A stretch of DNA of 64,000 nt from Prorocentrum cordatum (lineage: Eukaryota): positions 1 to 64,000 of the forward strand of contig CAUYUJ010000031.1 in NCBI GenBank assembly GCA_963575745.1. The letters are read 5' to 3'. Positions 12,440 through 58,390 of the stretch are shown here, piece after piece. Each line of letters opens with the position of its first letter. Position 1 is the stretch's first letter. A program made the position numbers and the translations under genes. The notes under the pieces are model-generated. The model had not been told where the DNA came from and searched no databases. It saw only the letters and a list, made by a program, of their open reading frames with translations.

Positions 12440-13800
12440 GTTCGGCCCCAGGTTGTGACGGGATCCCAGGAGGCCTGGTGCGAGCGTGCCCTGCTGCCGT
12501 CGCTACATACTACTACCCACTCCAACTCAAGTTCTCCCTTACACTAGTGGAGCCTATCCAGTGGAAGGGTGGATTTTACAGGGATCTCATTAAGTCTGGT
12601 CAAGCGGACCCGACACAATGCCTCAGTTCCAGGTATATTTTTGTCTCGTCCCAGATAGGAAAGGCGTCTCGGAGGTGCTTACGTAAACAGCTACTTCCCT
12701 TCTTGGCCCTGGAGGCAGGCGAAACCCAGTTCGGGGGCGTCCCAGGCCGCGGCACCGCCCACGCATCCCTTATACTACGTACTGCACAGGCTCTAGCACG
12801 TCGGCAGAACATGAGTTTTGGAGACCTGCTTCTGGACGTGGTACAAGCTTTTTATCGGGCCATTCGTGAGCTCGTTGTACGTGCGTGCCACGAGACCGAG
12901 CTCGATGACGATACAGTTGCGACGTTGGTGCGAGCCACCGGACTACCGCCCTCTTTGATGCCTCAGCTTGCCTAGAGACTCAGTGAGCGGCCCGCGGCCC
13001 TCAACAGCTCGGATGTCGACCGACATGTGGTGGCCCAAGTCGGCCAATGCTACCAGGCCCCTTGGTTCGTCTGCGAAGGGTCCGATCAAGTCTCGTTCCC
13101 ACAGAGATCCTTCTTTCCTGGGCAGCCCCTAGCTGACGTTCTATTTGAGCTACCGATCAAGGATATGCCCACCTTCTCTCACCACCGACAGGCATGTCGC
13201 TGGCAGCATTACTGCCTACCGACCCGATTGAACGACCCCAACCCACTCTACCACTACTCGATATTTCATATGCCGATGATGGAACCGTTATCCTAATCAT
13301 GCCTGCGAGCCAGCTGTATGGTGGACTCAGCCGAGTTCTTGTATGTGTTTCCGAGGCGTTTGCCACCCGAGGACACAAACTCAACCTGGGACCATCCAAA
13401 ACGGCGGCTTTGATTTCGTGGCGCGGACCCGGATCTAAAAAGGCTAGGCATGCCGCATGGCATGAATGTGGAGGACGCATTGTTGGCGTCTCGGATTTTC
13501 TGGGACGGATTCAGGCACCCATTGTACACAACTATATCCATCGGGGCTCGGTTTTCGATGCGGGAGGTGTCGTGACTCCAGAAATCCGTTATCGGTCGTC
13601 GTCATCGGTCGCCTCTCTGCAAGTGCTACGACGACGGGTGTTTGCCACCGATGACTTGGATGTGAGAGAGCGCCTTATTCTTGCAGGCAGTCTCGTCATG
13701 GCCAGTCGACGGTACAATGCAGGGGCTTGGCCCGCCCTCACTCGTGCCGAAGCCCATCTCATACACGTTGAGGTCATGAAGGTGTATCGAGCAGCCGCCC
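12440..13800 (+). other. Non-LTR reverse transcriptase domain of ORF2
   Basis: APGCDGIP, PIQWKGG, SRYIFVSSQIGK, QFGGVPGRGT, LLDVVQAFY, PGQPLADVLF, ISYADD, LNLGPSKT and YIHRGS occur in canonical order. Confidence 0.93.
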
Positions 13801-14318
13801 GTGTCAGCTATCGCGAGGACATTTCGCAGGTCTCTGATCAGTTGGTACTGGCACGTTTGCGTCGACCCTCTCCAGTCATGATCCTACGGGCCGCCAGACT
13901 TCGGCTACTTGGGTCCTGAGTCCACACAGGTCCCTCGGTCGTTTTCGGGCTTGTCGCGGCCGAGTGGCACGCCGCCGCCGATACGAACACCCAAAATCGG
14001 ATTATCCTGGGATTTTGGTATGATGATCTCGGATGGCTACAACAGGCGCTCCCCACCCTGGGTGAGTTGCCCCTCCCAGCCGACGACTTTGCCGCATGGG
14101 GGTCTCGTATTCGTTGCAGTCAGTCAGCATGGAAGCGCATTATCCAGGCTGGGTAACATGCGCACGCGCAGTATGCAGCACGTGTGACGTTGGCGCAGCA
14201 TGTCGAACGCCAGTTCTTCGCCGTTGTGAAGCCAGTCGGAGTGCCCGACCGTATCTACACTAACGAGCGCGGGCTCATCGTGGATCCCCCACCCCCTGCC
14301 GCACATCCCACGCATAGA

Positions 14319-14510
14319 TGTCCGTGGTGCAGCACACAGTACTCACGCCATCGAGCCCTTCGGACACACATTGCGCGCGCGCATCGCCAGCTGTCAACAC
14401 TCGCAAAGGGATACGCATGCCCCAGCGGCACATGCACTACGTGCCTCACTACGTTCTACGCTCGGGCGCACCTAGTGGACCATTTAGCATTGGGATCACC
14501 ACGGTGTTTA
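14319..14510 (+). other. Two C2H2-type zinc fingers between RT and DNMT
   Basis: CPWCSTQYSRHRALRTHIARAH and CTTCLTTFYARAHLVDHLALGSPRC. Confidence 0.75.
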
Positions 14511-14910
14511 CTTGTGTGTTTGCTACAGACCAACAACCCAGCCCATCACCTGCAGCCACAACCCATCCCCAAGCCACCGGGCACTACCGCCCAAGTACGT
14601 ATACCCCGACGGCACGTGGTCGTGCCCACTACCAAGGCGTCCGGCCCACTAACCGAGGAGGCCACCAACCACCTCCACCTTTCACAGCAGGACGCACGCA
14701 TGGCCATACTGGAGGCTGACCCCTATCTTACTGACGACGCCCGAGCAGCCTTCCTACCACCACCAGCACCTCTGGCAGGACTAGATGACGTGGATGTCGA
14801 GCCCTACCCACCTGTCCAGACAGAACGCTACCCAACCCGCATGTTCCTACCCGACCAGTATACAGGCCTGGCGGCTCAGGCATTACCTGTTGCCATCAAG
14901 CGGGCCGAGT

Positions 14911-15670
14911 TATGTCCTCAACTTGTTTTGTGGGCGTCGGCGTCCAGGGGATATTCAGGCATGTTTAGAATGGACGCACTACGACGTTGATTTTACGGTC
15001 ACGGTCCTGTCCATAGACATTGCTATCGATCCCGTCCTTGGGAATATGATGCGGCCCCAGACCTTGGAGGTTTGGAAGGAACACTTACGTGCGTGCAGGG
15101 TGGTCCTCTCTGGAGGTGGGCCTCCCTGCGAGACCTGGTCCGCCATCCGATGGGCTCGGGACATGGGGCCCCCACTACTGCGGTCCCGCGATGACTTCTG
15201 GGGTATGCTTGCCATTGCACCGCGTCAGATGGAGCAGGTACGTGTTGGCAACGAGCTCCTAGGAGCCATGATAGAACTTTTCGCCGTTCACCTAGCCGTC
15301 GGCACTTGTTGTTGGATGGAGCACCCAGTACCAGCGTCGTGGCGACAAGAGGCTGTGAGTTCATTCTCGTGCCCACCTTTGCGTGCGATCATGTCGTCCC
15401 CAGCGGCCTCTACAACCGATTTCTATCAGTGCGAACACGGTCAGTGTGCTCGCGCGCCTACACGAATTCTGGCCTTGAGGATGTGCACGCTGCATGATCG
15501 CCTTTTGGAAACGCCTGGCCGCGGACGTTGCTCACACGGTCGGTGCGCCCGCGAAGTGCTCTTGGGTTTCGACGGTTCAAAGGATGAATGGCGGACGGCC
15601 AAAAAAAAGAAGACAGACCCCCCCGCGCTTTGTCAGGTCTTGGCCCACGGTATCGTGGATGCGGTCAATC
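14911..15670 (+). other. C5-cytosine DNA methyltransferase domain at the C-terminus of ORF2
   Basis: Motif I-like VLNLFCGRRRPGD, motif II/III-like VLSIDIAID..GN, catalytic motif IV GGGPPCETWS, motif VI-like WMEHP, motif VIII-like QCEHGQ..APT, motif X-like PPALCQVLA. Confidence 0.85.
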
Positions 15671-16339
15671 ATAAGCGTGTGACGAGCGACCCTCACGCAT
15701 GGCCCGGGGACCTGGAGGAGGAGGAAGAGGCACTCCGTGGGGCACTAGAGGCTTTTATGTCGCTTGGGACCCATATCTAGGCACGAACGAGGAGTGGGCC
15801 CCCGATTTCGTAGGAGCTACGAGGCGACGCCCACGCGCCGATCCTGAAAGCTCTAGGTTCTTGCCCCCCGAGCTTCCAGGTGAAAGGCCAGTTGCCGATT
15901 TGCCCGAACCGTCCCTTGTGCACGACCCCAGTGCCACTCCTCGGCAGGCAGGGCCTGCCGAGGCAGACGAAGAGCAGGAATACGCAGACGCCCTCGCCTT
16001 TCTAGAAGGCACAGCGTCTCCGTCACGCGTCGCCCCTGCCTCTGCTCCCCCTCCTGTGCCTACTCCAGTCCAGCTCACGGATGCACAGCGTGACATGATT
16101 CAACGCAAACGCGCTGAGGCCAGAGATAGACGTGAGGCGCGCCTTGCCGCACGCATAGCTCCATTTACGTTGCAGCCAAATTTCGGCAGCGGCATCTTGG
16201 GCTAAGTAGAAGGTTGGGTGGAGGATTGGGAGGAGGGTCAGGAGGGATCACGAGCGAGGGAGCGACCCCCCTTTTTTCGCTCTCTTGCTCTCTCACCGCC
16301 AGCCGCCCCTTCCCTTGCCGCCCCGCGCTTCTTCAGTCA

Positions 16340-16722
16340 TGAAGGCTATCTATGTGGTGTTGGCCCCTCTCTACTAGATCTGCCAAGTACGTCAGATGCG
16401 GCTGAATTTCAAGCTACCCTATGGCTAGTGCTATGGATGTTGCAGGTCCTAGCAGATTCAGGTCCAGGCCCCTGGAGTTTCGGCCGAAGGAGGAACGCAC
16501 TACTCAGAGATAGACGTAAGGCGTGCCTTGCCGCACGCACAGCTCCTTGGACGACGCAGCCGAATTTCGGCAGCGGCATCTTTCGCTAAGTAGAAGGTTG
16601 GGTGGAGGCTCAGGATCAGGTTGGGTGGAGGATCTGGAGGGATCACGAGCGAGGAAGCGACCTGCCTTTTTCGCTCTCTTGCTCTCTCGCCGCCAGCCGC
16701 CCCTCCCCTCGCCGCCCCGCGC
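16340..16722 (+). mobile_element. Chimeric internal duplicate of the LINE: RNase H fragment fused to a second copy of the ORF2 end/3' UTR start
   Basis: 16340-16506 aligns by eye to 9853-10048 (with a ~28-nt deletion), and 16505-16722 aligns to 16121-16328. Confidence 0.88.
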
Positions 16723-17992
16723 ATCATTTGTGCCCTCCCCGCCTGCCTCTCGCCGCGCTGATTGATCAGTCAGATTCGCTCCGACGTGCCTGGGTGTGGG
16801 TCAGGTCCAGGTGGCCCTGGCAAGCAAGCAGCCAGGGCCTGCGGGGCATGGACCCCCGCACACTTGTGTACGGGGCGACTGCAGTCCTCCCCCTGTCGAC
16901 CGAGTGCGCCCCCCCCCTGCTGGTGCGGCCTCTCCTGGGCTGGCCGGTGGGGGGCAGCGCCGTATCGCCTCCCCCCGCCCGCGAGGTGCAGTGGCTGGCT
17001 CGCCAGCCTGCCAGCGAGCCTGCCCTCTCTCTCTCTCTCTTGTTTGCACGCTGCCTGCCTCTCTGTGAAGGGACGGTTTGCAAGGAGGATTTCAGATGGG
17101 TGCTGGGCGGGATTGTTCACTTCAACGTGCACGCTCTCTCGCGCCCACGACAGCGCCATTTTGGCAGCTCGTTGCATGGTGTATTCGTGGATCGGACGAG
17201 AGTGACAGTCATTTGTGATTGGTAAGGGGTTCTCTCGCCGGCAGGGATCCAGCGACACAAAGCCTGCAGGACCGCCTTCCTTTGTGCAGCCTGCCGCCCC
17301 GCTCGACCTAGCGCGGACCACGATTTTCAGTCGCTGCCGAGCGGGCCTGTGCGCCCACCGCCCTGCCGCGCGGGTTGAGCCCCGCGGCTGTCAACTGATG
17401 ATTCGACTCTGCGTGTCTCGGACCGCGGTGCGTCTCGTCTGATGCGGGTTGGATTGATAGGTGGGAGAGTATGGGGTGTGGGTATGGTGTACTGGTACTG
17501 TATACTGCAATCCTTAGGTGCCCGTGCGATCCCGATATTTCAGTTGCATCGCTAGCCGCAGCGCCACCGTAACTCGACAGGCTAGTTGCCTCAACGAGCA
17601 GGCAATCCAAAAATCCTCTTCTCTTCTCCCTCCTCCCGCCTCCCTCCTCCCCCCCCATCCTCTTTTCTCTTCCCTCCTCCTCCTCCTCCTCCTCCTCTCT
17701 CCTCCTTCTCCCCCTCCTCCTCCTCCTCCTCCTCCTCCTCCTCCTCCTCCTCCTCCTCCTCCTCCTCCTCCTCCTCCTCCTACTCGGTCACCCCCAGGGG
17801 CGCGAAGAGAATCGCTCTTCGCATCGCGGCTTGGGTTGGGGAGGCGCCCTTCTCTTGGGTGGCCCCGCGTGGGCGCGAAGGTGACCGCGCGTCGCGCATC
17901 GCGGGGCGCTGCGCGCGAAGTTTCGCGACCTGAGGTACGTCAAGCCGGAATCGGCGATCCTCGAGCATCCCTCGTGGCCCCCCCCCCCCGAG

Positions 17993-52454
<34,462 letters not shown>

Positions 52455-55400
52455 GCACGTGCTTTTCCTTCAGCGCGCTGAAGGGTCCGGTCAGCGGCAG
52501 AAGTTGGGGAAGAAACATATCCATAACCATACTTTTTCGGAGGCCCGCGCGGATTTCTTGGATCGGCGCTGGAGGCCCCTGGCGGCGCCTCCGGCGCCGC
52601 CCCTGGCGCGCTCCGCGCACGGGGGGGGGGGTCCAGCGCCGACCCAAGAAATCCGCACGGACCTCCAACAGTTTGTGTTTATATGCCATGTGCTGCTCCT
52701 CTACGGGGGCCGTGGCGGTCTAGGCTCAGGGTGGCATGTTTCCTGGTAGCACTGCGCGATAACCTCCTCCTCCTCCTCCTTCTTCTTCTCCTCCTCCTCC
52801 TCCTCCTCCTCCTCCTCCCCTTCCTCCTCCTCCTCCTCCTCCTCCTCCTCCTCCTCCGCCTTCCCCTTCTCCTCTTCCTGCTCCTCCTCCGCCTCTCCTC
52901 CTCCTCCTCCTCCTCCTCCTCCTCCTCCTCCTCCCCTCCTCCTCCCTCCTCCTCCCCCTCCTCCTCCTCCTCCTCCTCCTCCTCCTCCTCCTCCTCCTCC
53001 TCCTCCTCCTCCTCCTCACCCTCCTTCTCCTCCTCCTCCTCCTCCTCCTCCTCCTCCTCCTCCTCCTCCTCTTCCTTCTCCTAAGAACATGGGCCCCGAG
53101 GGGGGCCGCACACGGGCGGAGAGACGGGGCAGGGAAGCTCGGGCGGCGCAGGCAGGGAGAGAGAGAGAGAGAGAGAGTGCAGCGCCTGCCAGTGCGATAC
53201 ACGCGCACAGACAAGTTTCAAGCAGTGGCGAAGCGTCCTGGCTCGCAGATGGGGTCCAGGGCCCTGGTCGTGATTGTTCGCGATGTCGGATGTCAGAGGA
53301 TGGGGTCCGATCAGACGGGGTCGGAGGATCGCACCGCATCGCCGATGCATCGGCGATAGGTCTCGATTCGGAGCCCGAACTTCTCCATCCCGACGTTGCA
53401 TCGGCGATGCGGCGCGATCCTTCAACCCCATCTACTCGGACCTCAATGGGGCGGCCTCCATGTCAAGAATTTCTGCTAACTTCAGTCCTCGACCCAATAA
53501 TATCGGTCTTCGACCACGGCGACGACGACGCAGCCTCAGGCTTTTGTGGACGGCTGGCGTTGTCACCAACGCCGCCGCCGCCGTTGCTGCTACTGCTGTC
53601 ACGGTGCAGCTGGTCTCGACTAGAATAGAGTGTCGGCACGGTGCCAGGAATTACTTCGGGGGGATATCCCTCGTCCCTGCTCCTCTTTCCTTTTTGCTGC
53701 TCCTCCTCCTCCTCCTCCTCCTCCTCCTCCTCCTCCTCCTCCTTCTCCTCCTCCTCCTCCTCCTCCTCCTCCCCCCTCTTTCCTCCTCCTTTCTGGTCCT
53801 CCTCCGTCTTTCATCTTTCTTCTCCCTCCTCTCTGCTCATCCCTCTTTCCTTCCCCCCCTCCCTCTCTTGACTACCTCGTTGTAGCCCAGCCGCTGCTGC
53901 CGCCGCTGCTTCACCGTCCCCTGGGCGCCTCCGTCTTTGCCTTTGCCTCCCTCCCTTTTCCCTCCCCCCCCGTCAATCGCCCTCCCCCTTCTCCCAGAGT
54001 TCAGCCATGGGCTGACGTTTACATTGTGTCAGAGCCACGTGTTGATGAGTGGGAACAGAGGGGTCACGCTGAGGCCAGGGTGCCTCGACAGAGCCCACCG
54101 GGAACGTCTTCCTGTCCCTGGACTTGGCGAACGACGCAACGCGGGGAGGGGCTCTGTCTTCGGGCAGCGGAGCAGAGAGAGAGAGGGGTGTTGACATATC
54201 TGCAACCGTCTATGGCTCATTTTCGTCTTGCGGCTTCGTAAAGGGTTGTGAGCTGGCTTGGCGGGGATTTCAGGAAATTGGCCCTAAGGGGGCCCTAGCG
54301 GGGCCGACTCGGTTTCTGAGCGCTCCCGTGCTTTATTGGTGGATGCCCGTTTTTTATTTTCCCTCTCGCTCTCTCTCTCGTTTTTTTTTTTTTGTTCTCT
54401 CTCTCTCTCTCTTTCTCTTGTTTGTTCTATCTCTGTCTCTGTGTCTCTCTCTCACTCTTTCGCTCATGTCTCTCTATGTAGAATTCTCGCCTCTCTACCG
54501 CTCACGTTTTACTTTGGCATATTTCTTGAACAGTGCTTGTACTTAGGGTGTCTTTCTTCTGTTCGAAGGAGCTGGGCCTTTGTGGTGATCTAGCGGCCAT
54601 GTTGCCGCCGTCGCCGCTTCGTCACCGACAGTCGTCTTTCTTGGCCTGGGTGGCCGTTTGGCGGCTATGTTGTTGCTGTCGACGCCCCGTCGCCGCCTTA
54701 TCGCCGTCCTCGTCTGGACCTGGGTGGCGGTTTGGCGGTTATGTTGCCGCCATCGCCGCTTCGTCGCCGTCCGCATAGGTCGTCTCTTTCAAAAAGGAAT
54801 TCGGATCTACTGCCCTCCTCCCCCTGGACTTGTCGGTCATCCCCACCAGCCCATCCAGAAACCCTGCCCTTCAGAGTTGCCGGGAAAACGGACCAAGAGA
54901 CACATCTAGGGAAACAAAGCGAGCAAGGGGGTGGCCTTGGAAGGCCTCTTCGGGCCATCCCTGGGTGCCGTGTGGGGGCGAGGGGATGAGGATGAGGAGG
55001 AGGAGGAAGACGAGGAGGACGAGGACGCGGATGAGGACGAGGACGAGGAGGAGGAGGAGGACTAGTAACCGCATCAAGCAATTAAGAATCCCACCCCCCT
55101 CTCTGGCGAAAGTATAAAGCACCCGGCATCCCAGAAGCGTTACCCTGGCACCTCGCACCTTTATGTGAACGCAGACGAGTCTGCTCGCCTAAACAAGCAA
55201 ACCGCCTGAAACATTCTCGCAATATTTTGGCTCTCATTCGCCATTACGGATCAAGCTGAGGGCCAAAGCCTCAGTCAAGAGGCCTTGGCCCAGCTAAACA
55301 GTAACAATCCTCCTGCTCTTCCTCCTCAAGACGCCCTTACGGCACGGCACCAACACGAACAACGACAATAATACCAGCAATAAGAATTGTATCTAGAACA

Positions 55401-55554
55401 ACAGGCCAATAACAGCAACACCAACAACAACATCAACATCAAAAGCACCAACAACACCGCCAACACCATCAAAAACAACATTGAGCCCCACGCAAGGGAG
55501 AGCCAAGCTTTGAAAAGGAACCGTCCGTGCCTACGATAGGGGGCGAATAATTTT

Positions 55555-56640
55555 GGCGGTGCTGGCGCTAAGATAACGCGCCGTGCGTGGCAAGGGCGAT
55601 ATCCTCGGATGCACTACCCCACACGACGGCCGGGAAACAACATTTTTTCAATGGGGGTGGTAATACACATCGTACAGGACAAGGATGATGAAGATAATCA
55701 GACCAAGCGCGTTTTCTTATTGTCATGCTTATTCTTAGTATGTTTATTGTTATTTTTGTTTTTTTCCTTACTATTACTCTAATTATGATTCTGTTTGTTA
55801 TGGTTATTATTATTGTTATGCTTATTGTTCTTTTTATTATCATCATTTTTTCAGATTATGATTATGTTTATTATTCTTACTGTTATTCTTACTTGTATTA
55901 GTATTCCGATTCGTATTATTATTCGTACTCTTACTCTTTTTCACTCTTATTCCGATTCTTATTATTATTCTCATTCTTATTACCTTCATTAGTTTTATTT
56001 TCATTATTATTTTTCCTATTGCTATTCTTATTGTTATTCGTAGTCTTATTCTTAGTTGTATTCTTACTTTGGTTCTTGGTCTTGTTGTGCTTCTTGTCTT
56101 TTTTTGACAAGCTGTCGTAATTATTTTGTGCGGGTGCGGTGCTAAGAAAACGCGCCGTGCGTGGCGGGGGCGACATCCTCGGATGCACAACCCCGCAGGA
56201 CGGCTGGGAAAAACAATTTTCCAACAGGGGTGGTAATAATAATCGTATAGGACAAGGGTGGTGCAGATAATGATTTCACTTTTATTTGACTTTTCAGTTT
56301 TCATCCTTCTTATGATGCTTATTATTCTTCTTATTCTTGTTCTAAGTAGGATTCGCATTCTTAGTATTGTTTTTATTTTTCTTGTTCCGATTACTTTTCG
56401 TATTAATATCCGTATTCTCATTCGGATTCTGATTCTTATTACTACGATTATTATTATCAGTATTACTACTCTTATTTTTACTCTATTATTATCTCTCTTA
56501 CTCGGGTCCTTAGTATTATTCTTATTATTGCTATTGTTATTTTTTATCATCCTTATTCTCATTCGTATTATTATTATTATTATTATTATTAGTATTTCCA
56601 CCCGTATTTTACTTCTGTTATTCTTAATATTATTCCAATT
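55555..56640. repeat. Two ~580-bp units: ~125-bp conserved head plus degenerate (TTA/TTC)n tail
   Basis: GCTAAGAWAACGCGCCGTGCGTGGC...CCTCGGATGCAC...GGACAAGG at ~55567 and ~56141. Confidence 0.8.
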
Positions 56641-57794
56641 CCAATTGGGATATCACCCGAGCCGGGGCGCGGGAACTATTTTTTTTCGTTCCACTTGCGC
56701 GGTGCTAACTATATCTTTCGGCGAAAACCGCCCCCCAGAATTATTTGTTCACGGCGCGGTCCTACTGATAAAACCGGGGGGGTCCTTAATGGCTTCATGC
56801 GGTTATGAGGACGACGCGGACGAGGACTCGTTGAACCATCTAGAGGTATTCTTGCGGCGGCTTCTGCTGCTGGTGCTCACTGGGAGTTTTGGGGGCCCTC
56901 TTTGGACCTTCTTGGTGACCCTGGAAGGCTTCTTGGGATCATCTTGGAGGCCATCGATTACAGGATGGGGGGGTCCCCAACTCAGCTCCTCCCTGAGGAG
57001 CCAGCAAGCCGCTTCTTAGGGCTCTCTTGGAGCGCTCTTGGGCGCTTTTGAAGCGGTCTTGGGGCCGTTTGGAGCATCTTGGGGGCCATGTTGAGCCAGC
57101 TTGGGCTACCTGAGCCATCTTGGAGGTCATGTTGGGTTCCCTGAGACCGCTCGGGGGCCTCTTGGGGGCCTCTCGGATGCCTCTTGGACCCTCTTGAAGC
57201 CCTCTTGGGGCTCTCTTGAGGCTCTCTTGCCCTGGAGCGCCTCTTGGGGCCATCTTCGAGGCTATCGATCAAAGGAGGGATTCCCCCGATCGACGTCCCC
57301 CCCCTCGGGCGCCACGATCCTCGTGAGGGGTGTCAACAATCGGCCCTCCCAGGGGCCGATTTCGGACGCTCCAACGCCTCGCGGCCCCTCCCGTCTAGGT
57401 CCAGGGACTCTAAAGGAGGCTAGGGCACAGGCAAGAGGTACCGAGCGTTTGTCCGCGGCCGTTTGTGATCAAGCGGCCGCCGCCAAGATCTGACTGCGCC
57501 TGATCGCGAGGCACATTACTTGCCATTGAGACCGAGAACATCTTCGCTTGACATGGCTCGTCGCTCCCGCGACTCGCTCCTACTCTTGGGGCTATCGTAA
57601 CTACGGTACATCAGGAGTTGGATATGGGCTTTGCCTTTCAAACTTGGTAGCAGAGCTGTCCTGTTGAGGACAGCGATCGCTCTACTCCTCACCATCTACG
57701 GTATTATCTGGTGGACTACTGATATGGTGGGACATCAGGGTGCAGTGGCTTTGCGCGGAGGAATGTGCATTAATCGCATAACCGCAAGGACTTG

Positions 57795-58165
57795 TTTCGT
57801 CGTCGTCGTCCTTCGTCGTCCTTCGTCGGCGTCTCGTCGTCGTCCCTCCTATTTCGTCGCCGTCGTCGTCGTCGTCGTCGTTGTCGTCGTCGTCTTCCCT
57901 CCTCCCTCGTCGTTGTCGTCGTCGGCGTCGCCGTCCTTCCTCCTTCTTCGTCGTTCGCGTCGTCGCCGTCCTCCCTCCTCCCTCGTCGTTGTCGTCGTTG
58001 TCGTCGTTGTCGCCGTGGTCGTCCTTCCTCCTCCCTCGTCGTCGTCTTCGTTGGCGTCGTCGGCGACGTCGTCGTCGTCGTCGTCGGCGTCGTTGTCGTC
58101 GTCGAAGTCGTCGGGGACGTCGTCGGTCTCGTCGTAGTCGTTGTCGTCGGTGTCGTCGTAGTCGG
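57795..58165. repeat. Degenerate (TCG)n microsatellite
   Basis: Directly visible. Confidence 0.9.
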
Positions 58166-58342
58166 TCTTAAGAGGTTTTGCAAACCAAGTTGCGGATGGG
58201 TGGGTGGGATGTTTGCAAGAGCATGGGGTGTGTCAAATCATGGTGCAAATCAGTTGCTCCACATGGAAGGTTGCATCTTTCATATCTAAAGATAAGGTGT
58301 TTGCGGTCCGCTCTGGTTAGCACACCAGTTTGCTGAAATAGC

Positions 58343-58390
<48 letters not shown>

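Larger units (their letters stand above)
9398..16205 (+). pseudogene. LINE ORF2 polyprotein RNaseH-APE-RT-ZnF-DNMT, broken by frameshifts and stops
   Basis: Stitched from ORFs 9395-11269, 10663-11469, 11283-12458, 12250-12975, 13027-13296, 13194-13919, 14184-14990, 14785-15780 and 15699-16205. About six frameshifts (~10775, ~11260, ~12315, ~13185, ~14880, ~15758) and in-frame stops at 12973, 13917 and ~14154. Confidence 0.9.
8127..17612 (+). mobile_element. Non-LTR (LINE) retrotransposon carrying a C5 DNA methyltransferase; near full length, disabled
   Basis: ORF1 8223-9398, then ORF2 fragments in colinear order RNase H, APE, RT (YADD 13269-13280), C2H2 x2, DNMT (PC 15124-15129), stop 16205. 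The probable 3' UTR ends at a short A run (~17612) before a (CCT)n tract. Both ends are approximate. Confidence 0.9.

Noticed and set aside
17154..17166. Dinoflagellate spliced-leader relic (GCCATTTTGGC)
   Set aside because: Only 11 nt match the 22-nt leader and the flanks disagree.
56825..56845. Further downstream exons (DSLNHLE here; others near 55260 and 60448)
   Set aside because: Splice signals are plausible but the segments are too short to separate from chance without transcripts.
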